Positions 28,798-38,429 of a DNA stretch of 64,000 nt are shown here, piece after piece. The position numbers and the translations under genes are program-made. This DNA is from Gammaproteobacteria bacterium (GTDB taxonomy: Bacteria > Pseudomonadota > Gammaproteobacteria > Eutrophobiales > Eutrophobiaceae). The stretch lies in NCBI GenBank assembly GCA_965221695.1, contig OZ244905.1, positions 128,001-192,000 on the forward strand. Reading direction: 5' to 3'. Position 1 is the first letter of the stretch, and every line of letters begins with the position of its first letter. The notes beneath the pieces were generated by a model, which was given only the letters and a program-made list of their open reading frames with translations, was not told the DNA's origin and ran no database searches.

Positions 28798-30117
28798 ATG
28801 CGTGAATATATTGAAAAACTGTCAAAACGCGGTGAGCTACATGTAGTGGATCGGGAGGTAGACCCGCGGTTTGAACTGGCTGCGGTCATTGGCCGTCTAC
28901 AACGGGAGAGTGAGCGCCCGGTGTTGTTCAGGAACGTGAAAGGAACCCGTATGCCGGTGATTTCCAATATTTACGGCAGTCATAACAGGTTATGCGAGAT
29001 TATCGGGACCACTCATGGCAATTTTTGCCGTCACTGGCAGACGCTTGTCGATGATCCTGCGCCCGAGATTACTGAACCTGCGCAAATGAGCGCCACCGAG
29101 CCGGACCGTATCGAAGGGAGCATCAGCGACTTGCCGCATATCACTTATTTTGAGCATGATGCCGGACCTTATATCACTGCCGGCGTGTTTCTTGCAAAAG
29201 AGCCTGAGACAGGCGTTCCGAACCTGTCATTCTGCCGCTCGATGATGGTCGACGACAATGAGTTGCGTGTGCGCCTGGCGCCCCCGCATGATATCACTCA
29301 ATACCAAAAGAAAGCGGAGGCAAAAGATCAGCCGCTGGAGGTGGCGATACTGATTGGCCCGCCGCCGGAAATATTCATGGCAGCCTGCGCGTCCGTTCCC
29401 ATCACAACGAATGAGTTGGCGCTCGCTTCCCGAATCAAGAGAGCGCCCATCGAAATGCGCCAGTGTCGCCATATCGATATGCAAGTTCCCGCCACAACGG
29501 AAATTGTCATCGAAGGTCGCATCCTGCCACACGAACGTAAAATGGAAGGCCCGTTCGGCGAGTTTCAGGGCTATTATGTAAAACCGGCAAACAACCATGT
29601 TTTCGAGATACTGAATGTTTCATGGCGTCAAGATGCGTATTTTCACGCCTTGCTTTGCGGGTATACCGAGGATTTGCGGGCGCTGGAGGTCTCATTTGCC
29701 ACCCGCACATATAAACATATTTCGGCGGGAATACCCGGTGTATTGGATGTCAGTTGTTATCCCATGCCAATGCATACCATTGTCCGGCTTAAACCGGAAT
29801 ACGATGGCCACGCCAAGCACGTTATGATGAAAGTCTTCAGTTCCCACCTGCAGTACAATAAGGTATGTATCGTAGTGGATGAGGATGTGGATATTCATAA
29901 TTTTGAAGACGTATGGTGGGCGGTGATGACCCGTGGCCGCATAGATAAGGACCTGATGCTGCTGCCGGGCGTTCCCGGTTTTTTCCGCGACCCCGCAGGG
30001 GTTTACACCGGCCGCCTGGGAATAGATGCCACTAAACCCTTTTCCATGCGCGAGGACTTTGAAAGAAAACGCGTGCCGGGGCTGGCTGACATCAACCTCA
30101 AAGATTATTTACAGTAG
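28798..30117 (+). CDS. UbiD-family (prFMN-dependent) decarboxylase
   Basis: EVDPRFELAA, DAGPYIT, NLSFCR, EIVIEG, EGPFGEFQGYY, VVDEDVD and GIDATKP motifs. Confidence 0.9.
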   Translation: MREYIEKLSKRGELHVVDREVDPRFELAAVIGRLQRESERPVLFRNVKGTRMPVISNIYGSHNRLCEIIGTTHGNFCRHWQTLVDDPAPEITEPAQMSATEPDRIEGSISDLPHITYFEHDAGPYITAGVFLAKEPETGVPNLSFCRSMMVDDNELRVRLAPPHDITQYQKKAEAKDQPLEVAILIGPPPEIFMAACASVPITTNELALASRIKRAPIEMRQCRHIDMQVPATTEIVIEGRILPHERKMEGPFGEFQGYYVKPANNHVFEILNVSWRQDAYFHALLCGYTEDLRALEVSFATRTYKHISAGIPGVLDVSCYPMPMHTIVRLKPEYDGHAKHVMMKVFSSHLQYNKVCIVVDEDVDIHNFEDVWWAVMTRGRIDKDLMLLPGVPGFFRDPAGVYTGRLGIDATKPFSMREDFERKRVPGLADINLKDYLQ

Positions 30118-30231
30118 TAAGTAGTATCACTAACTGACTTGTGCGCCATATCATTCCTGTGCAACTCCCCCGTTTTCAGGGGGCTGGCTACGGTAAAAGG
30201 TCGCCTTTCAGGCCACACCGAATTTGACTGG

Positions 30232-30251
30232 ACTCCCGCTGTTGCGGGAGT
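30232..30251. terminator. Hairpin between convergent genes
   Basis: actcccgc-tgtt-gcgggagt; no U-tract, so terminator function is uncertain. Confidence 0.3.
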
Positions 30252-30301
30252 GGTTCCGTGGCGTCAGACAATATCAGACTGAAGAACCACCCCGGTTCAT
30301 A

Positions 30302-31330
30302 TTACGGGCGCCGTAATATTTCAATCACTGCTTGCGTCATCGGGTTGGTGGATGCGCCCAAAGCATCGGTAGTACAGGACATGAAGCGCGTATTGAGATC
30401 GTCGGCATCTATTGTGCCATGCGCGCCTATTGCAACGACCTGTGATGAGGGCGCTGTATCTTCCCAGGGTTTTCCTTTGGTCAATGTTACGCGCTTGCCT
30501 GTCATTTGCACGATCACCTGTTTGTCCGGAGCTTCACGGATATGGAGTATGCCTTTGCTACGAAATACAGATGTTGGCAATGTTTGAAAGGCGCGGTAAA
30601 CCGCCTCGAATGTTAATGGCTGGGCGCATTGCCAGGAATAGCTGGAGTAGGAGTGGGTATGATCCGCATGCCGGCGCTGATGCAAAGAACCATCGTCTGT
30701 TTTTTCATCCGTCCAGTTTAATCGTTCACCGTGTAAGGTTAATCCGAGCAATAATTCCAAGGGAACATTTACGTGAATTGCGTCAATAATACGCGATTTT
30801 GGTTGTATCTCCTTTATATGTCGGTGAACATCTTTCAATGATTCCATTCCTATCAGATCAGTTTTGTTACAGATGACGATATCGGCGACGGCAATCTGAT
30901 CTTCAATCAGTCTGGTATTCAACTCATCTGCCTCCGGTGCCTCGCTGACGTCAACTACAGTGATGATCGCATCAAGGCTTGTCGTTGCGGCGAGAGTGGT
31001 TGACATCACAATAGCCATTGCAGCAGCCTTGGGGTCGGATACGCCACTGGTTTCCACAATGATCATATCGGGGCGCGGTTGTAGTTGCAGCAACTGCTCG
31101 ATTGCGGTCACCAGGTCATCGCGTATGCTGCAACATACACAGCCGTTGGCCAGGCTGATGGTTTCACCTTCCACTCGGGTGATGAGTTGAGAATCGATAT
31201 TGATTTCACCGAAATCGTTGACCAGCACACCGATACGCTTACCGTGTCGGCCATTTAGTATATGGTTTAACAGTGTGGTCTTACCGACGCCGAGAAAACC
31301 GGCGATAAGACTAACGGGTATTTTATTCAT
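30302..31330 (-). CDS. COG0523/CobW-family G3E GTPase metallochaperone
   Basis: GFLGVGKTT, VNDFGEINID, GCVCCS, ETSG, NKTD; His-containing linker and C-terminal FRSKG. Confidence 0.9.
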   Translation of the reverse strand: MNKIPVSLIAGFLGVGKTTLLNHILNGRHGKRIGVLVNDFGEINIDSQLITRVEGETISLANGCVCCSIRDDLVTAIEQLLQLQPRPDMIIVETSGVSDPKAAAMAIVMSTTLAATTSLDAIITVVDVSEAPEADELNTRLIEDQIAVADIVICNKTDLIGMESLKDVHRHIKEIQPKSRIIDAIHVNVPLELLLGLTLHGERLNWTDEKTDDGSLHQRRHADHTHSYSSYSWQCAQPLTFEAVYRAFQTLPTSVFRSKGILHIREAPDKQVIVQMTGKRVTLTKGKPWEDTAPSSQVVAIGAHGTIDADDLNTRFMSCTTDALGASTNPMTQAVIEILRRP

Positions 31331-31334
31331 TCAA

Positions 31335-31395
31335 GGAACCTCTGCTTGAGTCAGAAGTTACATGCTCTGACAAGTCCGGGATGGACTTGTTCAGC
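31335..31395. repeat. Internally deleted MITE copy (both end hairpins)
   Basis: ggaacctctgcttgagtcagaagtt followed by ctctgacaagtccgggatggacttgttcag. Confidence 0.8.
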
Positions 31396-31431
31396 TTGCT
31401 CAAATGTAATCCTCTGACGCACACTGAGATA

Positions 31432-31513
31432 ATATATCCACAGATTACACAAGTTACGCAGATTAAGGAACCTCTGACTTAAGCGAGGCTCGCGGCGTCA
31501 TCTGTGGATATAT
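31432..31513. repeat. Inverted repeat enclosing another MITE end
   Basis: atatatccacaga (31432-31444) / tctgtggatatat (31501-31513) surround ttaa-ggaacctctgacttaagcgagg (31463-31488). Confidence 0.65.
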
Positions 31514-31535
31514 AACACCTGGATTAATCTGACAA

Positions 31536-31564
31536 TTGTAAATGATATTATTAATGATTATACT
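31536..31564 (+). promoter_or_regulatory. Putative sigma70 promoter of the amidohydrolase-nitrilase-Mo hydroxylase operon
   Basis: TTGTAA-N17-TATACT, 20 nt before the first ATG. Confidence 0.5.
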
Positions 31565-31584
31565 CAGGCCAGTGTTACTTCCCG

Positions 31585-32979
31585 ATGCAGACTATGAACT
31601 ATGACTTGTTAATCAGCGGCGGCAATATTGTCACTCCGGAAAAGATCTTTCAGGGCTTTATAGCTGTTAACGACGGAAAAATCAGCGCCATCGACCAGGG
31701 CGAGGCCTCTTTCTCCGCCGCTCGGACAATCGACGCGCAAGGATGCCATGTTTTGCCGGGCATTATTGACCCCCATGCTCACCTGGGTTATATGGATACG
31801 CTGGAGGCGGTGGAAACCGAAACCCGAGCCGCGGCCTGTGGTGGCGTTACCACGTTGGGGGTATATATTCTGGCTCTGAAGGAAGGCATGTTAAGACAAT
31901 TTGATCAGTTCAGGGATACTTTTGAGAGCAAGAGTTATATCGACGGTTTCTGGCACCTGATGGTCATCGACGCGCTGACCACCAGCGAGATTGAGGCCTG
32001 TCCCGCCGAGGTCGGCCTGACCTCGTTTAAGTTCAATATGGGTTATAAGGGGCCTCATGCTGATCTGATCGGCATCACTGCGACTGATGACGGCGCCGTG
32101 TACAAAGGCTTTCGCATGATCAGCAGGTTAGGCGCGCCATGCATCGCGGCTTGTCATACCGAGAATATCGATATTCACCTGATGTTGCGCGATGAGTTGA
32201 TCGCCCAGGGCCGCAATGATTTTTCGGTCTGGAATGAATCACGCCCGCCGTTCGTGGAGGCAGAATGTATGCGGCGCGCGATTTATCTGGCAAAGAGCGC
32301 CGGCTGCCCCCTGTACATACCCCACATCACTATTGCCGAAGGGGTAGACATCATCGCCGAAGCGCGGGAACAAGGCATCGAAGTAACAGGCGAAACCTGT
32401 CCGCAATATCTGACTCATAACGGCGAAGAGCCGGCGCAGGTGTTATTGGATCATCCCGCTTGCGCCTGTGTCAACCCGCCACTACGGGATCAGGCGTCCA
32501 ATGACAGGCTATGGGAGGGCATTGCAGAGGGGGTTATTCAATGTGTGGGGTCTGACCTGGCGCCCACCACGCTGGCAATGAAAGGCGATGATATCTGGAA
32601 TGCCCCGATGGGCCTGGGTAACACATCGGAGTTGTTACTGCCGGTCATGCTGAGTGAGGGAGTTAACAAGGGCCGTATCAGCCTGCAACAAGTGGCCGAA
32701 GTTTGCGCGCTGAACCCGGCTAAGGTCTTCGGGGTGTACCCGCGCAAAGGCCAGTTGGCTATCGGTTCCGATGCGGATATCGTGATCGTTGACCCGGACA
32801 AGGAAGTGACCGTAAAAACGGACAAGCTGCGCAGTATGTGTGATTGGAGCATCTATGACGGCTGGCCCCTAAAAGGTTGGCCGACCCATACCATATTGCG
32901 CGGGCAGGTTATCGTTGATAACGGTGAACCGAACGGGAAGCGGCCGGGTCAAGGCAACTATATTCCTCGCAACGTCTAA
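31585..32979 (+). CDS. Cyclic amidohydrolase (dihydropyrimidinase/allantoinase/dihydroorotase-like)
   Basis: PGIIDPHAH, GGVTT, SFK, HTEN, SRP, ETCPQYL, NPPLR, GSD and NPAKVFG.YPRKG motifs. Confidence 0.9.
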   Translation: MQTMNYDLLISGGNIVTPEKIFQGFIAVNDGKISAIDQGEASFSAARTIDAQGCHVLPGIIDPHAHLGYMDTLEAVETETRAAACGGVTTLGVYILALKEGMLRQFDQFRDTFESKSYIDGFWHLMVIDALTTSEIEACPAEVGLTSFKFNMGYKGPHADLIGITATDDGAVYKGFRMISRLGAPCIAACHTENIDIHLMLRDELIAQGRNDFSVWNESRPPFVEAECMRRAIYLAKSAGCPLYIPHITIAEGVDIIAEAREQGIEVTGETCPQYLTHNGEEPAQVLLDHPACACVNPPLRDQASNDRLWEGIAEGVIQCVGSDLAPTTLAMKGDDIWNAPMGLGNTSELLLPVMLSEGVNKGRISLQQVAEVCALNPAKVFGVYPRKGQLAIGSDADIVIVDPDKEVTVKTDKLRSMCDWSIYDGWPLKGWPTHTILRGQVIVDNGEPNGKRPGQGNYIPRNV

Positions 32980-33168
32980 GCTGATATGACGGCAGGTATC
33001 CACCCAATCCTTGAATGTCGTGTTCCCGTATCTGTCTTGCAATATGACAGTACAGGCGCCGGTTCCTTGTCGTTACACCGGCAAGGATGCCGGCGCGCCG
33101 TTTTCAGTCGTTGTTGGAATGGCAGTCGACCGCTTTGAGCAGGTTGAAAATCAGTAGACGCTATCAAT

Positions 33169-34059
33169 ATGATTCCTGAGCGATATCAGCGCTATGAGGA
33201 GACAGTGACACTGGGATGCGTCAACTATCAAAGTATCTGGAACGATAAAGATGCGAGCGTTGCCAAGGTTAAAAAATTGATCGGAGAAGCGGCAGACCAG
33301 GGGATCAACATATTGGCATTTCCGGAATTGTCACTGAGTGGCTACGAGAGTAATGAAGACAATACCATGCACAAGGCGTTCGCGGAGACTATTCCTGGTC
33401 CAATCACCGAGGAGATTGCAGAACTGACCCGGAACCGGGATATCTACGTAGCTTTGGGTATGCCGGAGTATAGCGCTGAAGGCGATGGCGCCTGTTACAT
33501 TTCTTGCCCATTAATCGGTCCTGAAGGCTTGATCGGCGTTTATCGGAAGTTGCATTTAGGCGAACCGCCTTTGTTCAGAGAGAGCCTGTGTTTTAGCCGC
33601 GGCGACAGTGTGCCGGTTTTTGAAACCCGCTATGGTCCGATCGGACTGCAGATTTGCGCGGATTTTTGGGTCTTTCCCGAACTGTCTCGCATCCTGATGC
33701 TGAAAGGCGCGCGCGTTATTATCAACAGTACCGCAAGCATGACCCTGCCGGGCAGACCGTTTTATATCAACTCCATGACCACTGCCCGGGCGACTGAGAA
33801 CCTGGTTTATGCGGCCAGCGCCAACCTGGTAGGGCAGGAAAACACCTTGTCCTATTATGGTTGTAGCCTGATCTCAGGACCCGCATTTCCCCGCTTCTCT
33901 CATATTTATGCCCAAGCCGAAGACAAGGAAGAGATCATCAGCGCAACATTGAGTTTTGCCAAACTCCACCGCTTCCGCTCAGCGGTAGCGCTGGATAAGC
34001 TCAGACGCGCTGATCTCATCCGGGATGAGTTCAACCGACTGCAGAGCAGCGAGAATTAA
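33169..34059 (+). CDS. Carbon-nitrogen hydrolase (nitrilase/carbamoylase superfamily)
   Basis: E-K-C triad: FPELSLSGY, YRKLHL, QICADFWVFPE. Confidence 0.9.
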   Translation: MIPERYQRYEETVTLGCVNYQSIWNDKDASVAKVKKLIGEAADQGINILAFPELSLSGYESNEDNTMHKAFAETIPGPITEEIAELTRNRDIYVALGMPEYSAEGDGACYISCPLIGPEGLIGVYRKLHLGEPPLFRESLCFSRGDSVPVFETRYGPIGLQICADFWVFPELSRILMLKGARVIINSTASMTLPGRPFYINSMTTARATENLVYAASANLVGQENTLSYYGCSLISGPAFPRFSHIYAQAEDKEEIISATLSFAKLHRFRSAVALDKLRRADLIRDEFNRLQSSEN

Positions 34060-34074
34060 CAGGAGCGAAGCAGT

Positions 34075-34554
34075 ATGCCGGCAATCAGTAAGGAAATTAC
34101 CGTTAATGCGCCACTGGAGAGCGCCTGGGCTCTGGTCAGCGATATGCAACGTTTCAGCTTGTGTATACCGGGTTGTAAGGAGGTTAAGACGATTAGCGAA
34201 ACAGAATTTGACTGGAAACTGGAGACCAAAGTCCTACGCACAACCCGTAAGGCGACAGCCAGGACCAGGGCTGTTAAGATGACGCCGCCGAAGCACGCGG
34301 AGTTTGTTGGCGAGGGCAGATTATTTGAAAGATCAAACCATTATAAACTGACGATATCCGGCGCCACTGACCTGGAAGCGTTGGCAGACGGCAAAACCTT
34401 GTTACGTTTCGCCGGTGATGTGAAAGCCAGTGGTCTGGGTGGAGCCATAATCGAAAAGGTGGCAGCGGGGCAATTGGACAGCTTGTTTGATGAATTTGAA
34501 GATAATATAAAACACGCCCTGGGCGACGAAACAGAACCGGAACAACATACGTAA
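34075..34554 (+). CDS. coxG: CoxG-like SRPBCC protein
   Basis: W...SD......CIPGC motif and operon context. Confidence 0.75.
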   Translation: MPAISKEITVNAPLESAWALVSDMQRFSLCIPGCKEVKTISETEFDWKLETKVLRTTRKATARTRAVKMTPPKHAEFVGEGRLFERSNHYKLTISGATDLEALADGKTLLRFAGDVKASGLGGAIIEKVAAGQLDSLFDEFEDNIKHALGDETEPEQHT

Positions 34555-34567
34555 CGAGGAGATACGG

Positions 34568-35431
34568 ATGGAATATTACAGTCCGACTACGCTTGCTGAG
34601 GCTTATTCATTGCTGAATAAGTACGGCGAGGGGGCGATCCCGATTGCCGGCAGCACATTTTATATGGGACACCGGGAGGAATTGTTTGACGAAGTTGACG
34701 CGGTGATCAATATCAAACGACTTGGTCTCAGTTATATTAAGTTGGCGCACGACGGTTTACATATCGGCGCTACTACTACCCTGAACGAAATTTTCAACCA
34801 CGAGTTGACCCGCCAGGGCGTGTACGGGATTTTGGCCGATACGGTGAGCAGGCTTAACATTAATGAGGTCAGGAATATGGCCACTATCGGCGGCGAGGTA
34901 TGTATCGCCGGAGAAGTGGATATGCCGACGACCTTGCTTGCTTATGATGCCAACATCGTTATTGGCAGCAGTAAAGGGACGCGTTCCATGTCCATGGCGG
35001 ATTTCCATATCGGTTATCTGAACAATGCTCTGCAGGAAGGTGAGATCGTGCTGGAAGTGCATGTGCCGCCCCCGCCCGAGCAGACCGGCGCTGGTTTTGC
35101 CAAGTTTGAAAGGACCGCGGCGGACCTGCCCATCGTCAACGTGGCAACCCGCGTGTCGTTGGATGGCGGAGTTTGCAGTGAAGCGCGGATCGTTGCCGGC
35201 GCCGCAACCTTATCCGGTGTGCCGGAACGATCAGCGACTGCAGAAGCGGCGCTGCAAGGCAAGACAATTGACGAAGGCCTGATTGCAAGCGCGGCCGCGG
35301 CGGCGGACGATATCGAATGCATTAATGACTTCCGCGTCTCTGCGGAGGTGCGGCGTCTCTGGGTGCGCTGCGGTATAGAGGATGCATTGAAACAGGCGAC
35401 CGCCCAGGCGCGGCGAGGAGGTGAGGAATGA
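34568..35431 (+). CDS. Molybdenum hydroxylase FAD-binding medium subunit (CoxM/XdhB-like)
   Basis: YYSPTTLAEA, IAGST, IGATTTL and VRNMATIGG motifs. Confidence 0.9.
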   Translation: MEYYSPTTLAEAYSLLNKYGEGAIPIAGSTFYMGHREELFDEVDAVINIKRLGLSYIKLAHDGLHIGATTTLNEIFNHELTRQGVYGILADTVSRLNINEVRNMATIGGEVCIAGEVDMPTTLLAYDANIVIGSSKGTRSMSMADFHIGYLNNALQEGEIVLEVHVPPPPEQTGAGFAKFERTAADLPIVNVATRVSLDGGVCSEARIVAGAATLSGVPERSATAEAALQGKTIDEGLIASAAAAADDIECINDFRVSAEVRRLWVRCGIEDALKQATAQARRGGEE

Positions 35432-35922
35432 ATGCAATTCGCTTGAGGATAAACAATGAAGACCACGATGTGCTGGTCAAACCACATTGGTCGCTGGCGT
35501 ATGTCATCCGGGAAAAAATAGGTCTGACCGGAACCAAGGCAGGTTGCGAGATGGGCACCTGTGGTTCCTGTACTCTGCTGTTGAGCGGCGAACCGATTTT
35601 TTCCTGCCTGCGCATGGCTATTGACGCCCAGGATAGCGACATACGCACCATTGAAGGCCTGGAAGAGGAAAACGGCGGCAGGCTGCACCCGCTGCAAGAA
35701 GCGTTCATACAGGATCATGGCATGCAGTGCGGTTTCTGCACTCCTGGTATGATCCTTGCCGCTAAGGTCCTGTTGGAAAAGAACCCCGATCCGTCGGAGC
35801 AGGAAGTGCGGGAAGCAATAGGCGGGCATTTATGTCGCTGTGGCACTTACGTCAGGATCGTTCGTTCAATCCTGAACGCGGCCCAGGCAATGCGTAACGC
35901 ATCTGAAACTAAATCCTCATGA
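35428..35922 (+). CDS. Molybdenum hydroxylase 2Fe-2S small subunit (CoxS/XdhC-like)
   Basis: GTKAGCEMGTCGSCT, QCGFCTPG and HLCRCGTY motifs. Confidence 0.92.
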   Translation: MNAIRLRINNEDHDVLVKPHWSLAYVIREKIGLTGTKAGCEMGTCGSCTLLLSGEPIFSCLRMAIDAQDSDIRTIEGLEEENGGRLHPLQEAFIQDHGMQCGFCTPGMILAAKVLLEKNPDPSEQEVREAIGGHLCRCGTYVRIVRSILNAAQAMRNASETKSS

Positions 35923-36106
35923 TCAAGGTGTTGCGCAAATATTTAACATTTGGTGCCGGCCAGAGCATTCCCCCGTACCATCGTCGCAACAGCGGGAATC
36001 CGGTAGACACTAACATTACCCCTTATATTGGAGGGCTGCTCACTGGATTCCTGGTCCTCGTGTCGAATTGAATCGTGAGCATATTATCAATCGGAGGTAG
36101 TAAATA

Positions 36107-38413
36107 ATGAAAGCCGAAACATCTGTAGTCGGCAAAAGTCTGCCCTTGCTGGATGCCTATGAAAAGGTGACCGGCAAACTGAAATACGCCGGCGACATGC
36201 CGTCGCTGCACCGCATGCACTATGCCAAGGTGTTGCGCAGTCCCTATGCGCATGCGCGGGTCACCCACATCGACACCAGCGCCGCCGAGGCATTGCCGGG
36301 GGTTAGCGCGGTGATCACCCACAAAGACGATATCACCGGCAAACAAAAGACCTGTGGCACGCCCTGGGTGGATCCCAGCTTCAATTTTCGCGGCCCGATG
36401 ATCTCCGATGAAGTCTGTTTTGTGGGCGATGAGGTAGCGGCTGTGTCCGCGATCGACGAGGACATTGCCAAACAAGCCCTTGCGCTGATCGAGGTGGAGT
36501 ACGAGGAATTGCCGGCAGTTTTCGACTTGGAAGAAGCTATGCGTGAGGATGCCCCGCAGGTGCGTCCCTGGGGCCCCAATACCCTACCGCCTTCTTTATT
36601 CGAATGGGGGGATATTGAGCAGGGTTTTGCGCAATCGGACATCATCATCGAGAATCGGGTGACCATGGGCAACCAGCAGCACGCGCCGCTGGACCGCAAT
36701 GCCTGTATTGCCAACTGGGAAGGCGACAGTCTCTCCATATGGACCTCAACCCAGGCGTTGTTCTGGATCAGGGACGCGCTGACAGACTTTTTTGACCTCT
36801 CACCCAGCAAGGTGCGCGTCTACAGCACGCCCACCGGCGGCTCCTTCGGGCTATGGTGGGGCAACAACTTCATGTTCCTGGCTGCGGCATTGGCGCGCAA
36901 ATCCAGGCGTCCGGTGCGACTGATCCTGACCCGGGATGAGGTACAGACCACCGTGAAGCGCCGCGAGCGCCCACTGATTGACGTAAAGATAGGCATGAAT
37001 AAAGAGGGCAAGATGCTTGCCCAGTCTTTTCGCCACATTCTGGATAATGGAGCATACGGCAACAAGTTCGATCCCTACCAATCCGTCGCCGATATTTACA
37101 CTACCGATCATGGCCGGGTGGAGTTTGTCGGCGTGGCCACTAATCTGGTTACCGCCGGCTGTATGCGCGGAGTGGGAGACCTCACCCTGGCCTATGCCAT
37201 TGAGCAGACGGTGGATATGGCCGCGGAAAAGATCAACATGGACCCGGTGGAATTCCACCTGAAGAACCATTGGAAGAGCGGCGACATCTGCCATACTTCC
37301 CAGGAGGTGGTGTTTGCCAAGCTGCTGTTCAACAAAAGCCCGCAAGTCGAACTGACCAGCTCCGGGTTGGCCGAGTGTATTACCCGCGGCGCCGAAGCCA
37401 TAGGTTGGCAGGACAAATGGAAAGGTTGGGGCAGACCTTCTTCGGTAGACGGGCATAAAGTGCTCGGTGTCGGCATGGGCATCTCCACCCACATCAGCGG
37501 TCTGGCTTTCTTCGGCTTTAATGGCATCACAGTTAAGGTGAACCCCGACGGCACCATGGCCTTGACCACGGGTATCGGCCGTATGGGGCAGGCCGGCGAC
37601 ACTACCCAGGCTATGGTGTGTGCCGAGACGCTTGGTGTGGAGTTGGAAGATATCAATGTGATCGATGGTGATTCTGAGGTATGCGGGCATACGATGGTTA
37701 CATTCGGGAGCAATGGTATGCACATGGTGGCCCGCGCCACCAAGGCCGCAGCCGAGCACGCCAAAGAGCAACTACTGGTTTACGCAGCCAAACACCTGGA
37801 AGCTAACCCGGCAGATCTAGATATCAAAAACCGTCGGGTATTTGTTAAGGGCAGCGAAGAGCGTGGCGTTACTTTGAAAGAGTTGATGAGCACACCCATT
37901 TATGAATACTTGTCGCCGCCGGAAGTGATAGGCAGCGCCTCAAAAGGCGTTGAATTTGAAAAAGCGGGCAAGATGATGATGGCGGACTTCGCCGAAGTGG
38001 AAATTGACACGCGCACTGCGCAGATGAAGCTGATTAGGTTTGTCGCCGTCCATGACAGCGGCACCATTGTCAATCCGGCGGTGTGCGAAAACCAGGTGGC
38101 CGGAGGCTATTACCAGTCCATGGGTTTTACCACTACCGAACACTTGGTGTTTGACGATGAAACCGGCGCTATTCTCAATCCCAATTTCATGGACTACAAG
38201 ATAGTCGGACCACTGGACATGCCTGATCCGGAGATCATGTTTGAAGAGGTGTACGATGAGCACGGCCCGTACGGGGCCAAAGGAATAGGCGAGGGCGTCA
38301 CTTGCGCGGTGCCGGTTGCCATATCCAACGCAGTCTACAACGCGATCGGGGCGCGACTTGACCCACCCATCACACCGGATAAAATACTACAGGCATTGAA
38401 ATCCAAGTCGTAA
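36107..38413 (+). CDS. Molybdenum hydroxylase large subunit (xanthine dehydrogenase family)
   Basis: KVTG, RSPYAHA, QHAPL, GGSFG, MRGVG, MGQAG, NP....QV.GG and GAKGIGE motifs. Confidence 0.92.
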   Translation: MKAETSVVGKSLPLLDAYEKVTGKLKYAGDMPSLHRMHYAKVLRSPYAHARVTHIDTSAAEALPGVSAVITHKDDITGKQKTCGTPWVDPSFNFRGPMISDEVCFVGDEVAAVSAIDEDIAKQALALIEVEYEELPAVFDLEEAMREDAPQVRPWGPNTLPPSLFEWGDIEQGFAQSDIIIENRVTMGNQQHAPLDRNACIANWEGDSLSIWTSTQALFWIRDALTDFFDLSPSKVRVYSTPTGGSFGLWWGNNFMFLAAALARKSRRPVRLILTRDEVQTTVKRRERPLIDVKIGMNKEGKMLAQSFRHILDNGAYGNKFDPYQSVADIYTTDHGRVEFVGVATNLVTAGCMRGVGDLTLAYAIEQTVDMAAEKINMDPVEFHLKNHWKSGDICHTSQEVVFAKLLFNKSPQVELTSSGLAECITRGAEAIGWQDKWKGWGRPSSVDGHKVLGVGMGISTHISGLAFFGFNGITVKVNPDGTMALTTGIGRMGQAGDTTQAMVCAETLGVELEDINVIDGDSEVCGHTMVTFGSNGMHMVARATKAAAEHAKEQLLVYAAKHLEANPADLDIKNRRVFVKGSEERGVTLKELMSTPIYEYLSPPEVIGSASKGVEFEKAGKMMMADFAEVEIDTRTAQMKLIRFVAVHDSGTIVNPAVCENQVAGGYYQSMGFTTTEHLVFDDETGAILNPNFMDYKIVGPLDMPDPEIMFEEVYDEHGPYGAKGIGEGVTCAVPVAISNAVYNAIGARLDPPITPDKILQALKSKS

Positions 38414-38429
38414 CAACTGTAGTACAATA

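Noticed and set aside
26459-38413. Aerobic CO dehydrogenase (cox) cluster
   Set aside because: The large subunit has AGCMRGVG, not the form I AYRCSFR or form II AYRGAGR loop. CoxD/E/G also accompany other Mo hydroxylases.
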